DNA of 24,721 nucleotides. It comes from a virus. Its lineage: Duplodnaviria > Caudoviricetes. The translations under genes were made by a program, and so were the position numbers. Positions 8,802 through 16,400 of this stretch are shown here, piece after piece. The number at the start of each line of letters is the position of its first letter. Position 1 is the stretch's first letter. The notes beneath the pieces were generated by a model. That model was given only the letters and a program-made list of their open reading frames with translations, was not told the DNA's origin and ran no database searches. Location of the stretch: positions 1-24,721 of the IMG/VR virus record IMGVR_UViG_3300010157_000238. The stretch is one strand, 5' to 3'.

Positions 8802-9275
8802 TTACTGTACGTGGTTATCCGGTTTTTCATCACCGTAGTTGTAAATGAAAAACGCACCCGCTTTGCGCATCTGACGTTCCAACAGTTTGATCTTAGCTTC
8901 GGTCCGAATGTTGGAAACAATACCCATCAAAAGGGGGATTCCCACTTGATCGGAGTAACTTTTAGCAAAGGAAATTAGAGCCTTTGCCCTCGTAGACCGG
9001 CGGTACTTTGGCGCTACGAAATTGAACACATCGTTCAAACAGAACGTCTTAGAGTACCACAATTTGTCAATTACAAGACAAACCGCAGCTTCTAATTCAT
9101 CTTCACCATCAATAACGCCAATAATACCATTCTTGCCGCTAAGAACGTTAGTAACCATATCGCGAACTGCAACATAGTCCATCTCAAACAAACCATTTTC
9201 TTCATGCATTAACGCAAGAAGATCCATGATGTTGTCTGCATCCTCAACGGTAGCAAGCCTAACATTATAGTCCAT
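8802..9275 (-). CDS. GNAT-family acyltransferase-like virion assembly protein (157 aa)
   Basis: N-terminal VRLATVEDAD and the acyl-CoA motif A region FVAPKYRRSTRAKALISFA. It lies just upstream of the ejection genes, like T7 gp13 or P22 gp14. Confidence 0.8.
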   Translation of the reverse strand: MDYNVRLATVEDADNIMDLLALMHEENGLFEMDYVAVRDMVTNVLSGKNGIIGVIDGEDELEAAVCLVIDKLWYSKTFCLNDVFNFVAPKYRRSTRAKALISFAKSYSDQVGIPLLMGIVSNIRTEAKIKLLERQMRKAGAFFIYNYGDEKPDNHVQ

Positions 9276-11110
9276 TAATCTCTCCTTGGTCCGGGAAGCT
9301 TGTTAAGGGTTTTAACAAGATGCTTCCGAACGTGCTTAACAAACTCATCTAACTTATCGTGGCCTTTATTGATGTCGCCGTTACCGAAGCGTTCGACCTC
9401 ATCGGGATCAATAACATACTCACCACCAGCCGCAACAATAGGAACAGGACGGCGATTACCAGACATTACTGGGCCGCCATGAGCTTCTTTTTTGGTTGGG
9501 ATAGGCGGATTAAACATCTGCTGCATTTTGCTATATTGGTCTAGACCCGGATAATCTGGGGCGCGGAAAGAAACACCTTTTCCGCTTGTTCCAAAAGGAC
9601 CGCTATTAAACATATTAGCCATCAACGCTGAGCCAGCAAGATCCTCGCCGTTAACTCCCATTGCTATATCGCCCGGAAGAGTGCGCGAGCTTTGCAAAAA
9701 GTCTGTTTTTTTGCTGGTTCCAATTGTTGGCCCGCCAGATGCTTTGTGTGCAGGGCGGCCAGCAAACATGTGATCAACGACCTTTGAGCCAGCCATTGTA
9801 TTGCCCTCACCTAATGCCGAAACAATATCGGCAGGGAGGACATATGATCCCTCACGGACGTGCATTGGGAGATGGTCAGTGCGCCCCCCTACAGCCATGT
9901 TAATGAGGCCGGTATGGCACGGAGTAGCCTTCTCACGAGAAATCTTGTGAGCAGCGTCAATAGCCCCGCCAGAAGCCATCTGTTGGTCATCTTTCTGGCT
10001 GTTTGGGTCGTACATAAGAGGATTTGCGCCGGGGGTTTCATAAGCGCCACGGACAAAACGTTGGGTTCCGGTCATTTCTGCCGGTTCCCAAATACGAGAA
10101 ACATAGTCAGGATTTAGTTTTGACGTATCAGCCCCGACGCCAAGGCGTTGCATACCACCGCCACCGCTATTCCCGCCACGTTCAGGCTGAGTGTAATAAA
10201 TGGCTTGCTGCAGTTTTTGACCCGGAAACAACTTCTTAGCTTCGCCCAACGATCCCGGACGGGTATCATTTGGATCATTGTTTAAAAACTGACCAGAATC
10301 TTCCTGTGCACTTGTATCATGCAATGGCGGCTTTAAGCCCTGCGGAGCGCGAGCCGTAGTCAATGGCGGAGGAGTAGGCGAAGCAGAGATAGTTCTATCC
10401 GAAGCTGGTACGGGTGCTAGCATATGAGCGCGACCAGTCGATGGCGTCATATTGGCAACGCGACTATCTGGGCCGGGAATCGCCTGATAAACATTAGCAT
10501 TTGGTGCAACGCGAGGGCCAGCATTCGGGTCTAAAGCACGAATAACACGAGCGTCAGCGCCCTGCGCGGTCGCCGGTAACTTTGTTTCCGTTCCCGTATC
10601 GTCTTCCGTATCAAGACCGGCCAATGTCCTCGCTAATGCATCAGTTGGCTGCTGGCGTGTGGGGGCAGGAGCTGATGCGATTGGAGCCCTATTGCGCATG
10701 AACGATGGCATAGGCACTTCTGCGCCCGGAGGCGTGTATACAGGCGCACGAGACTGCTGTGGGGGGTAATAAGGAATGTAATCTGGGGCAAAAGAGCCGC
10801 CTTCATCTGGGCGGTTAGGAACATATGGACGCGGCGCAGGACCATAATCCGTTCCAGTGTGAACGTTAGTAGGTGCGTAACGCTGAATGCGATTGGGATT
10901 ACGGGGTGAAGGAGGAAATCCCATTGCCGCAAAGACAGAATTGTAAAAATCTTGCATGCCTTCAGGGGGAATAAGCGTAGATGGGTCAGCCTGCTGGGAT
11001 GGTCCAACCATACCTAATGACTTAAAGATATTTTGATATAACTTTGGTAACGAAGGAAGCTGAGAGCCTCCGCTTGTTAAATCATCATCGTGGTGTAGTC
11101 TATTCGCCAT
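9275..11110 (-). CDS. Pro-rich internal virion protein with a duplicated C-terminal G(E/S)YV domain (611 aa)
   Basis: GGAGG RBS upstream. About 380 aa of low-complexity Pro-rich sequence, then two related units (LPMHVREGSYVLPADIVSALGEG and VPIVAAGGEYVIDPDEVERFGNG) interleaved with ASGG/AHGG motifs. Confidence 0.65.
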   Translation of the reverse strand: MANRLHHDDDLTSGGSQLPSLPKLYQNIFKSLGMVGPSQQADPSTLIPPEGMQDFYNSVFAAMGFPPSPRNPNRIQRYAPTNVHTGTDYGPAPRPYVPNRPDEGGSFAPDYIPYYPPQQSRAPVYTPPGAEVPMPSFMRNRAPIASAPAPTRQQPTDALARTLAGLDTEDDTGTETKLPATAQGADARVIRALDPNAGPRVAPNANVYQAIPGPDSRVANMTPSTGRAHMLAPVPASDRTISASPTPPPLTTARAPQGLKPPLHDTSAQEDSGQFLNNDPNDTRPGSLGEAKKLFPGQKLQQAIYYTQPERGGNSGGGGMQRLGVGADTSKLNPDYVSRIWEPAEMTGTQRFVRGAYETPGANPLMYDPNSQKDDQQMASGGAIDAAHKISREKATPCHTGLINMAVGGRTDHLPMHVREGSYVLPADIVSALGEGNTMAGSKVVDHMFAGRPAHKASGGPTIGTSKKTDFLQSSRTLPGDIAMGVNGEDLAGSALMANMFNSGPFGTSGKGVSFRAPDYPGLDQYSKMQQMFNPPIPTKKEAHGGPVMSGNRRPVPIVAAGGEYVIDPDEVERFGNGDINKGHDKLDEFVKHVRKHLVKTLNKLPGPRRD

Positions 11111-11115
11111 TGCAT

Positions 11116-11120
11116 CCTCC
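11116..11120 (-). promoter_or_regulatory. Shine-Dalgarno sequence (GGAGG) for the 611-aa gene
   Basis: The minus strand reads GGAGG-ATGCA-ATG. Confidence 0.8.
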
Positions 11121-11167
11121 GTAATTCCATAGAACTACACTAAAACTAAACTTTTCGATAGGGGTCA

Positions 11168-11533
11168 TTATGTATATGTCAAGGATACGATAGACCCAGT
11201 TCCCGTAACAATTGTAAGACCAGTGGCAAATGGTATCTGTATTTGATATATACCAATTGCCAACGTAGAAGGTATTGCATAGATACGATTACCGGTTAAC
11301 AATGTAGAATTGTTTGTGTCGTAAATGTATCCAGTACTAGACCCTGCTGCAATCACGCTAATAGTTGCAAGCCAACCTGATGTAGTCTTTATAACGCTAG
11401 TTGTAGCAGCTGCTATTTCTTTAGTATTTTTGTTTCCATAGTAGCCAGTTCGCAAACCATCATAGTTTGCGATTGAGTTTAGGGCTACTACTCCGTTCTT
11501 CTGGGCGGAAAGAATATCGTCTAAACTGGCCAT
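11168..11533 (-). CDS. Small structural protein, possibly tail needle or plug (121 aa)
   Basis: TGATG-coupled to the nozzle gene, with a short helical N-terminus and a beta-rich C-terminus. It occupies the P22 gp26 position; the function is inferred from position only. Confidence 0.5.
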   Translation of the reverse strand: MASLDDILSAQKNGVVALNSIANYDGLRTGYYGNKNTKEIAAATTSVIKTTSGWLATISVIAAGSSTGYIYDTNNSTLLTGNRIYAIPSTLAIGIYQIQIPFATGLTIVTGTGSIVSLTYT

Positions 11534-13638
11534 CAGTACTTCCCATCAGGTGCTGCGCGATAACGAATACCACCAAGCCGCCAGAATGTCCCAACGTCTT
11601 GTGAGGATATGCTAACTGCGATTAGACGCGCTCTAATGCGGCAAGAGATATATTCTGTCGCTTGAGTCATGGGGAACGTAGCAGAATAAACTGAGTTGCT
11701 GGGCATTCCGGAATAAGATCCGGTCGTTACCGTTGCATCACCAGCATAGTTTGTCCAATACAACGTGACATAAACCGTAGCATTTTGGTTGCCGCTGTAT
11801 GTTCCCCATTTCATGTCAGGCCAAATTTGGTCAACAAACATAATTTGGTCACCCTCAGCGATGCTGAAGAAGCCGGTTTGCATTGCGGAGTTCATTGCCG
11901 TTGTCGTCGTCCCGCTGGCAGCATCGTTCCCTATTTCGTGCTGATATAGAAAGTTATCAGACCCAGAACCAATGGGAGGCCCAAGAACAGATTGATCAAT
12001 CCAAGCAGTGCGGCCAAGAGAACCAAAGTCCCATTGGTTGAGAACTGTGCTATACTTGACATACGAATCATTTTCACCAGTGCTTTTAGATGATGGGTAA
12101 AACCACATCACTTCATTGAACTGAGAATTAACAGCGCAACGAATGTGTTGCGTATATGGGATACCGTTGCTGTCGTTACCTGCTTTAAGGTTTTGGAACA
12201 CTACGTCCCAAACAGGGCATGGAAGCGGCTTAGGGCCATCCCCTGCGTTCACAAAGAACTGCTTCTGTGACATCCAATAGATGACATTGCCTAGCTGACC
12301 GACGCACTTGCGGCTAATAGCTCCACAGTTGGAGCCAATTTTGTTGAAACCGTATACAAGTGGAGCGCCAATGTATTGCATAGACCATAGATCAAGGTCG
12401 GTCCAAATCAGACCCTGTTGCGGTCCTTGAATGCAAGTAACGATCCTTGAACCTTGAGGGATACGATATGATCCAGCTTGGTTCGTGGCGGTAGCAATCC
12501 AAGTCGTGCTATCAGCGACATCGGACCACCGAATCAGCAATGGATCTGCTTGAAGCGTAAAAGAAGATCCCCAAGCGACGACTTGACGCTGTGGCATAGC
12601 TACAAAGATACCATCGTTGACCAGTGGAGAGGTCTGTCCAACTATTTGGGCATTTTGTAATGCACCTTCTGGGTTCCAATAGTAAATTGGTCCGCCAGTC
12701 GGGTTTGCAATTAAAAACTCACCAAAGTTATCAAGGGACCAATCTGTCGCCGTTATGGCTGTTCCGGGTACAGAAGCTTGAGTCGTACCAACGCCAAAGC
12801 CACCCGTTCCATACCCACCAACACCAAAACCTGTTCCTTGAGGCTGCGGACCAATGGCAATGTAATAAGTTGAGTTGATATTACCGCTATTGATGGAAGT
12901 AGCACCAACGGTGGATGTGGCGCTGTTCGCAGCTGAAAACGTAAAGGTGTTAGCGTTTGTAACTGACAAGACTGTATAAAGACCAAATAATGTAACGCCA
13001 CCAATAGTAATGGATACTCCAACATAAAAGTTGCTTCCAACAGAGTATCCGTGGTTGTTCAAAACAGCCGTGATAACGCTTGAACCACTGGTAGTAGCAA
13101 AAGTATATGATGCACCGCCGCTTGTCACCGTAGAAGCTGCAGCTGCGGGGGCGATTATCGAGTAAGAAGTACCAGCCGCAGTTTGAATCAAATACGACCC
13201 AGTCAAAACTACTCCGCCTACAGAAACTGGGGTTACGTAGTTTACATAATCAAGAACAGAAGCTGTGATGTTGGAATCAACCACATTCACCGTTGTCGAG
13301 CCAGCAACCGTCGAGAAATTAGGGGCAGTGTTGGTTGTTGATGTTTGTGGCGTTATGTTGATGCTATTGTTTCCGGTCAAAACGTTTAATGACGTTTCAG
13401 CACCCACTGCTAAATGGTTAACCGCGAGTAAGTCTGCCCAGCCCTTTAAGGCACGGATTGTAGACGAATACGCAGAGTTAAAATAAGACACCCAGCCGCC
13501 AAGCTTCTGTACAAGACCAAGGTTATTGCGGTCTGGCATAAAACGAACAAGGTTTGTTGAGGATAGGGCAGCCTCGTTCAACGTTGGTGTTTTGATTACA
13601 TCGACGCCCGGAACCAGTTTAAGTGTTGTATGTGCCAT
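11533..13638 (-). CDS. Tail nozzle / DNA stabilization protein, P22 gp10-like (701 aa)
   Basis: Beta-propeller-like motifs: LKLVPGV, NLVRF...QKLGGW, WSLDNFGEFLIA, DPLLIRWSD, NQAGSYRI, LIWTD, CGAIS..C, EVMWFYPS, W.FGSLGRTAW.D, RIRARL...WRLG. It follows an adaptor gene. Confidence 0.75.
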   Translation of the reverse strand: MAHTTLKLVPGVDVIKTPTLNEAALSSTNLVRFMPDRNNLGLVQKLGGWVSYFNSAYSSTIRALKGWADLLAVNHLAVGAETSLNVLTGNNSINITPQTSTTNTAPNFSTVAGSTTVNVVDSNITASVLDYVNYVTPVSVGGVVLTGSYLIQTAAGTSYSIIAPAAAASTVTSGGASYTFATTSGSSVITAVLNNHGYSVGSNFYVGVSITIGGVTLFGLYTVLSVTNANTFTFSAANSATSTVGATSINSGNINSTYYIAIGPQPQGTGFGVGGYGTGGFGVGTTQASVPGTAITATDWSLDNFGEFLIANPTGGPIYYWNPEGALQNAQIVGQTSPLVNDGIFVAMPQRQVVAWGSSFTLQADPLLIRWSDVADSTTWIATATNQAGSYRIPQGSRIVTCIQGPQQGLIWTDLDLWSMQYIGAPLVYGFNKIGSNCGAISRKCVGQLGNVIYWMSQKQFFVNAGDGPKPLPCPVWDVVFQNLKAGNDSNGIPYTQHIRCAVNSQFNEVMWFYPSSKSTGENDSYVKYSTVLNQWDFGSLGRTAWIDQSVLGPPIGSGSDNFLYQHEIGNDAASGTTTTAMNSAMQTGFFSIAEGDQIMFVDQIWPDMKWGTYSGNQNATVYVTLYWTNYAGDATVTTGSYSGMPSNSVYSATFPMTQATEYISCRIRARLIAVSISSQDVGTFWRLGGIRYRAAPDGKY

Positions 13639-13641
13639 GCG

Positions 13642-14364
13642 TTACCCCCGCTGTGGAGTAGCGATAGGAGACGGCGACTGCGGACCCCACGCGGCTGATT
13701 GGAATTTCTTCCGATACTCTTCCACCGTCGCACCTTTGAGGAGCGTCTGGTATTGCTGTTCCCAGTTGACAGGCATCTGTTGGTCAGCGCCGGTTGACGA
13801 GAAGTTACGCTGATAGCCACCAATGTAAACCATGCTGGCAGCGATAAACAGATCAGGAAGATAGGTAGAGATGAACGTAGTGGTATTAGTGGCGGACAAA
13901 GATGCTGCGTGTACCGTTCCCGTCAACGTTAATGGATAAGATGCGTCAGGATACGGCCCAAGGAGAATGTATTGGCTTGTGTTTCCAGTCGTGGCCGAAT
14001 CACCGCCATAAACAGCGAACACGGTTGGGACACCAGCGCTGGCTGCGCTATTGAAGACATTCTGAATATACTCCTTAGCTACCGGTGTAAGCGGCTGTAA
14101 GACACCGTTGTTATTCACCTGAATGGTCTGAAGGGTGATAAACGCAGAGGTAGGTATCGTTAAAAGATTATTGCTTGTGGTCGTCGTAAAAGACGTATTG
14201 TCGTAAACTTGAGAAGACAGAAAATCCAGATCGCGCATCATTCGCAACTCAGCGTATGAAATTGCCATTGGCAATACGATCTGGAAATTCGTGTCGGATG
14301 ATGGAACAACCGCCAGCGTGGAAATTTGTTGAACATAAGACGAGTATGAAAGACCAGTTGTCAT
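13642..14364 (-). CDS. Head-tail adaptor / tail tubular protein A-like (240 aa)
   Basis: AELRMMRDL N-terminal helix, GVPTVFA, LGPYPDASYPLTL and TFISTYLPDLFIAASM motifs. It lies immediately upstream of the nozzle gene. Confidence 0.7.
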   Translation of the reverse strand: MTTGLSYSSYVQQISTLAVVPSSDTNFQIVLPMAISYAELRMMRDLDFLSSQVYDNTSFTTTTSNNLLTIPTSAFITLQTIQVNNNGVLQPLTPVAKEYIQNVFNSAASAGVPTVFAVYGGDSATTGNTSQYILLGPYPDASYPLTLTGTVHAASLSATNTTTFISTYLPDLFIAASMVYIGGYQRNFSSTGADQQMPVNWEQQYQTLLKGATVEEYRKKFQSAAWGPQSPSPIATPQRG

Positions 14365-14378
14365 GCCCTGCGTCCCTT

Positions 14379-14558
14379 TTATTCTGTAGCTACAGAATCA
14401 ACTGGCGCAGCTGGAGCCGTTTCAATTTGTGGCTTAGCCTGCGAGTGAAGCAGCGCGATAACATCTGCAACTTCAGCATATGCACCAGCGGCTAAATGCT
14501 TCAGAACAGTGTTGATATGAGCAACGGTGAGTTTCAATTCAAGTTCGATATTATCCAT
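14379..14558 (-). CDS. Small hypothetical protein (59 aa; absent from the ORF track)
   Basis: TAGGAG RBS before the ATG at 14558. Translation is MDNIELELKLTVAHINTVLKHLAAGAYAEVADVIALLHSQAKPQIETAPAAPVDSVATE. It fills the gap in the operon. Confidence 0.8.
   Translation of the reverse strand: MDNIELELKLTVAHINTVLKHLAAGAYAEVADVIALLHSQAKPQIETAPAAPVDSVATE
14381..14398. repeat. Perfect 18-bp palindrome ATTCTGTAGCTACAGAAT
   Basis: The sequence equals its own reverse complement and overlaps the end of the 59-aa gene. Function unknown. Confidence 0.85.
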
Positions 14559-14567
14559 TATGCACTC

Positions 14568-14876
14568 CTAAAATGGCGGACTTTGTGGTTGTACTTGTGG
14601 CGCAGAGATCTGCTGAATTTGCAACGCGATGTTCGCCTCAACAGCCGGTATGCTAATCGAGTCAGAAACCCACTTAAACGCCATCGCCTGCGTAATTTGA
14701 TCGTATGGAACAAACTCAGCAGGGTTTGGCGTACCAAGTTGCACTGTACCAGAACTTGATGAACTTACCAACCCATCCGTTCCAGTGCATACCCAATTGA
14801 TGGCTGTAACCACATTGGTTAAACCATCATATGTTGGAGACACGATAAACTGGGGAAAAGACCATGCAAACTGCAT
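14568..14876 (-). CDS. Small tail-associated protein, possible fibre chaperone (102 aa); paralog of 16077..16400
   Basis: Start moved to the ATG at 14876 (TAATG). It shares DGL..VV...NW.C.GTDG...S..G...L...P...VPY...T.....WV with the 107-aa ORF. Confidence 0.65.
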   Translation of the reverse strand: MQFAWSFPQFIVSPTYDGLTNVVTAINWVCTGTDGLVSSSSSGTVQLGTPNPAEFVPYDQITQAMAFKWVSDSISIPAVEANIALQIQQISAPQVQPQSPPF

Positions 14877-15835
14877 TAGACGCACTCATACCAAGTTCCC
14901 AACGTACCTCCAGATACAGAGTATGTAGCGCCCGGAGGTATGGCTGAGAATGCCGTACTATTATTGGCTGAACCACCCCAAGAGTTTGCAAAAATCAATA
15001 AACCACTTACTGTAACTGTTATATTACTTGTTTGGCTTGTCGTATAAACAGAAATGAAAATCAATTTACCAGTTGAGTTAGTATAAGTTGTTCCAAGCGC
15101 TCTACTTCCAGTGTAGTTGGTCCATGTCGTTCCTATACTAACCGTAGCAACGGGAGTTTGAGATGCCCAAGTCGTTCCATTACTTGTCAACACATTTCCA
15201 GTTGTTCCGGGGGCAACAGCTTGTACCGCGCTGGTTCCATTGCCCAAAATAACGTTATTAGCAGTTAACGTTGAAGATCCAGTTCCACCATTAGCGACCG
15301 CAAGCGTACCGGCCAAAGTGACTGCACCAGCTGTTGCGGTAGATGGTGTCAAGCCTGTTGATCCAGCGCTAAAGGACGAAACAATGCCCGATGCAGTAAG
15401 TCCATTGTCAGAATAACCAACGTTTGTACCATCTGAAAAAATAAGAGTATTATAGGTTTGAGGAAGTATAAGTGAATTGCCAGCTAAACCACCGCTGCCA
15501 TTATTGGAACCAACTTTTACTGTAAACGAACCAGACGTATTGTTGGTAAAAATCCACATTCCAGCTACGTTCTGTGGCAGCAAAACAGTTTGATTAGCTG
15601 CTAATGCACCAGATAATAGAAACCGCATAGCTTGAGATGTTGATCCAGCAGCTGTTGAGCTTGGTGCTGCTATAAGTGTGTAGGTTGATGTTCCGCCCGT
15701 GTTGACTGACACGCCGGTCGTGTTGCCAAACATTTGATCAAGGATAGTCGAGTTATAGTTCAGCGGCTGATCCCATGTTGGGGATGTGCTGTTGTACGCT
15801 GGCTCGTTAAGGGCAAGATTGGTTGTGATACTCAT
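14876..15835 (-). CDS. Short tail fibre / spike-like protein (319 aa)
   Basis: N-terminal TTNLALNEP...TW...LN.N..ILD attachment-type motif and fibre shaft motifs (TLAVANGGTG, GNVLTSNGTTWAS). The C-terminal domain WTNYTGSRALGTTYTNSTGK...IPPGATY...W.E is typical of phage fibre tips. Confidence 0.7.
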   Translation of the reverse strand: MSITTNLALNEPAYNSTSPTWDQPLNYNSTILDQMFGNTTGVSVNTGGTSTYTLIAAPSSTAAGSTSQAMRFLLSGALAANQTVLLPQNVAGMWIFTNNTSGSFTVKVGSNNGSGGLAGNSLILPQTYNTLIFSDGTNVGYSDNGLTASGIVSSFSAGSTGLTPSTATAGAVTLAGTLAVANGGTGSSTLTANNVILGNGTSAVQAVAPGTTGNVLTSNGTTWASQTPVATVSIGTTWTNYTGSRALGTTYTNSTGKLIFISVYTTSQTSNITVTVSGLLIFANSWGGSANNSTAFSAIPPGATYSVSGGTLGTWYECV

Positions 15836-16074
15836 GACTTATCTACCTTCTGCTCTAAACGATCAAAGATCTTGGTTAACATGGTTTCGATGCGATTCAA
15901 ATGATTGGTCAAATCATCTTTGCTAACGTATTTCGTCGGTAGATCAACTCTGATGTCGTTTATCATTTGGCGGTCTTTTTTAGAATCCGCAACAATTTGA
16001 GTATAGAAATACCCTACACAAGCAAAGGCCGCCGTGATGAGTAGATTAACAATCTGCTGCCAGTCTAAAGTCAT
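15832..16074 (-). CDS. Small membrane protein with one N-terminal TM helix and a coiled coil; holin-like (80 aa)
   Basis: Start at the ATG at 16074 (MTLDWQQ). A hydrophobic stretch IVNLLITAAFACVGYFY is followed by LPTKYVSKDD...RIE..L.KIFDRLEQKVDK. Confidence 0.55.
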   Translation of the reverse strand: MTLDWQQIVNLLITAAFACVGYFYTQIVADSKKDRQMINDIRVDLPTKYVSKDDLTNHLNRIETMLTKIFDRLEQKVDKS

Positions 16075-16076
16075 GA

Positions 16077-16400
16077 TCAACCCCAAGGGTTAGGAAGAAT
16101 GGTAGGCACGTTTGCGGCAGTCGCAATCTGGCCATCGATCACAGATTGCACTGAATTAACGCCTTCAATGCCAAGGGCTGACTGTACCCATCCCGACACC
16201 AAGGTTTCAGTCAGATCAGCATATGGAACATACGTGCCATTCGGGTCTAGGGTCAAACTCGTCACCCCTGCAAGCGACCCACTGTAAGTCCCGTCAGTTC
16301 CACGGCACGTCCAATTCACAGTGACGACAACATCGACCAACCCATCAATCTGAGGGTATGAAACCATGCTGTCGATAGTCCAGTTGTATGAGTTGGCCAT
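16077..16400 (-). CDS. Small tail-associated protein, possible fibre chaperone (107 aa)
   Basis: TAATG-coupled to the LamG gene. Motifs YNWTI, VV.V.W, YVPYADLTE..V.GWVQ.ALG and a C-terminal PW. Paralog of 14568..14876. Confidence 0.7.
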   Translation of the reverse strand: MANSYNWTIDSMVSYPQIDGLVDVVVTVNWTCRGTDGTYSGSLAGVTSLTLDPNGTYVPYADLTETLVSGWVQSALGIEGVNSVQSVIDGQIATAANVPTILPNPWG

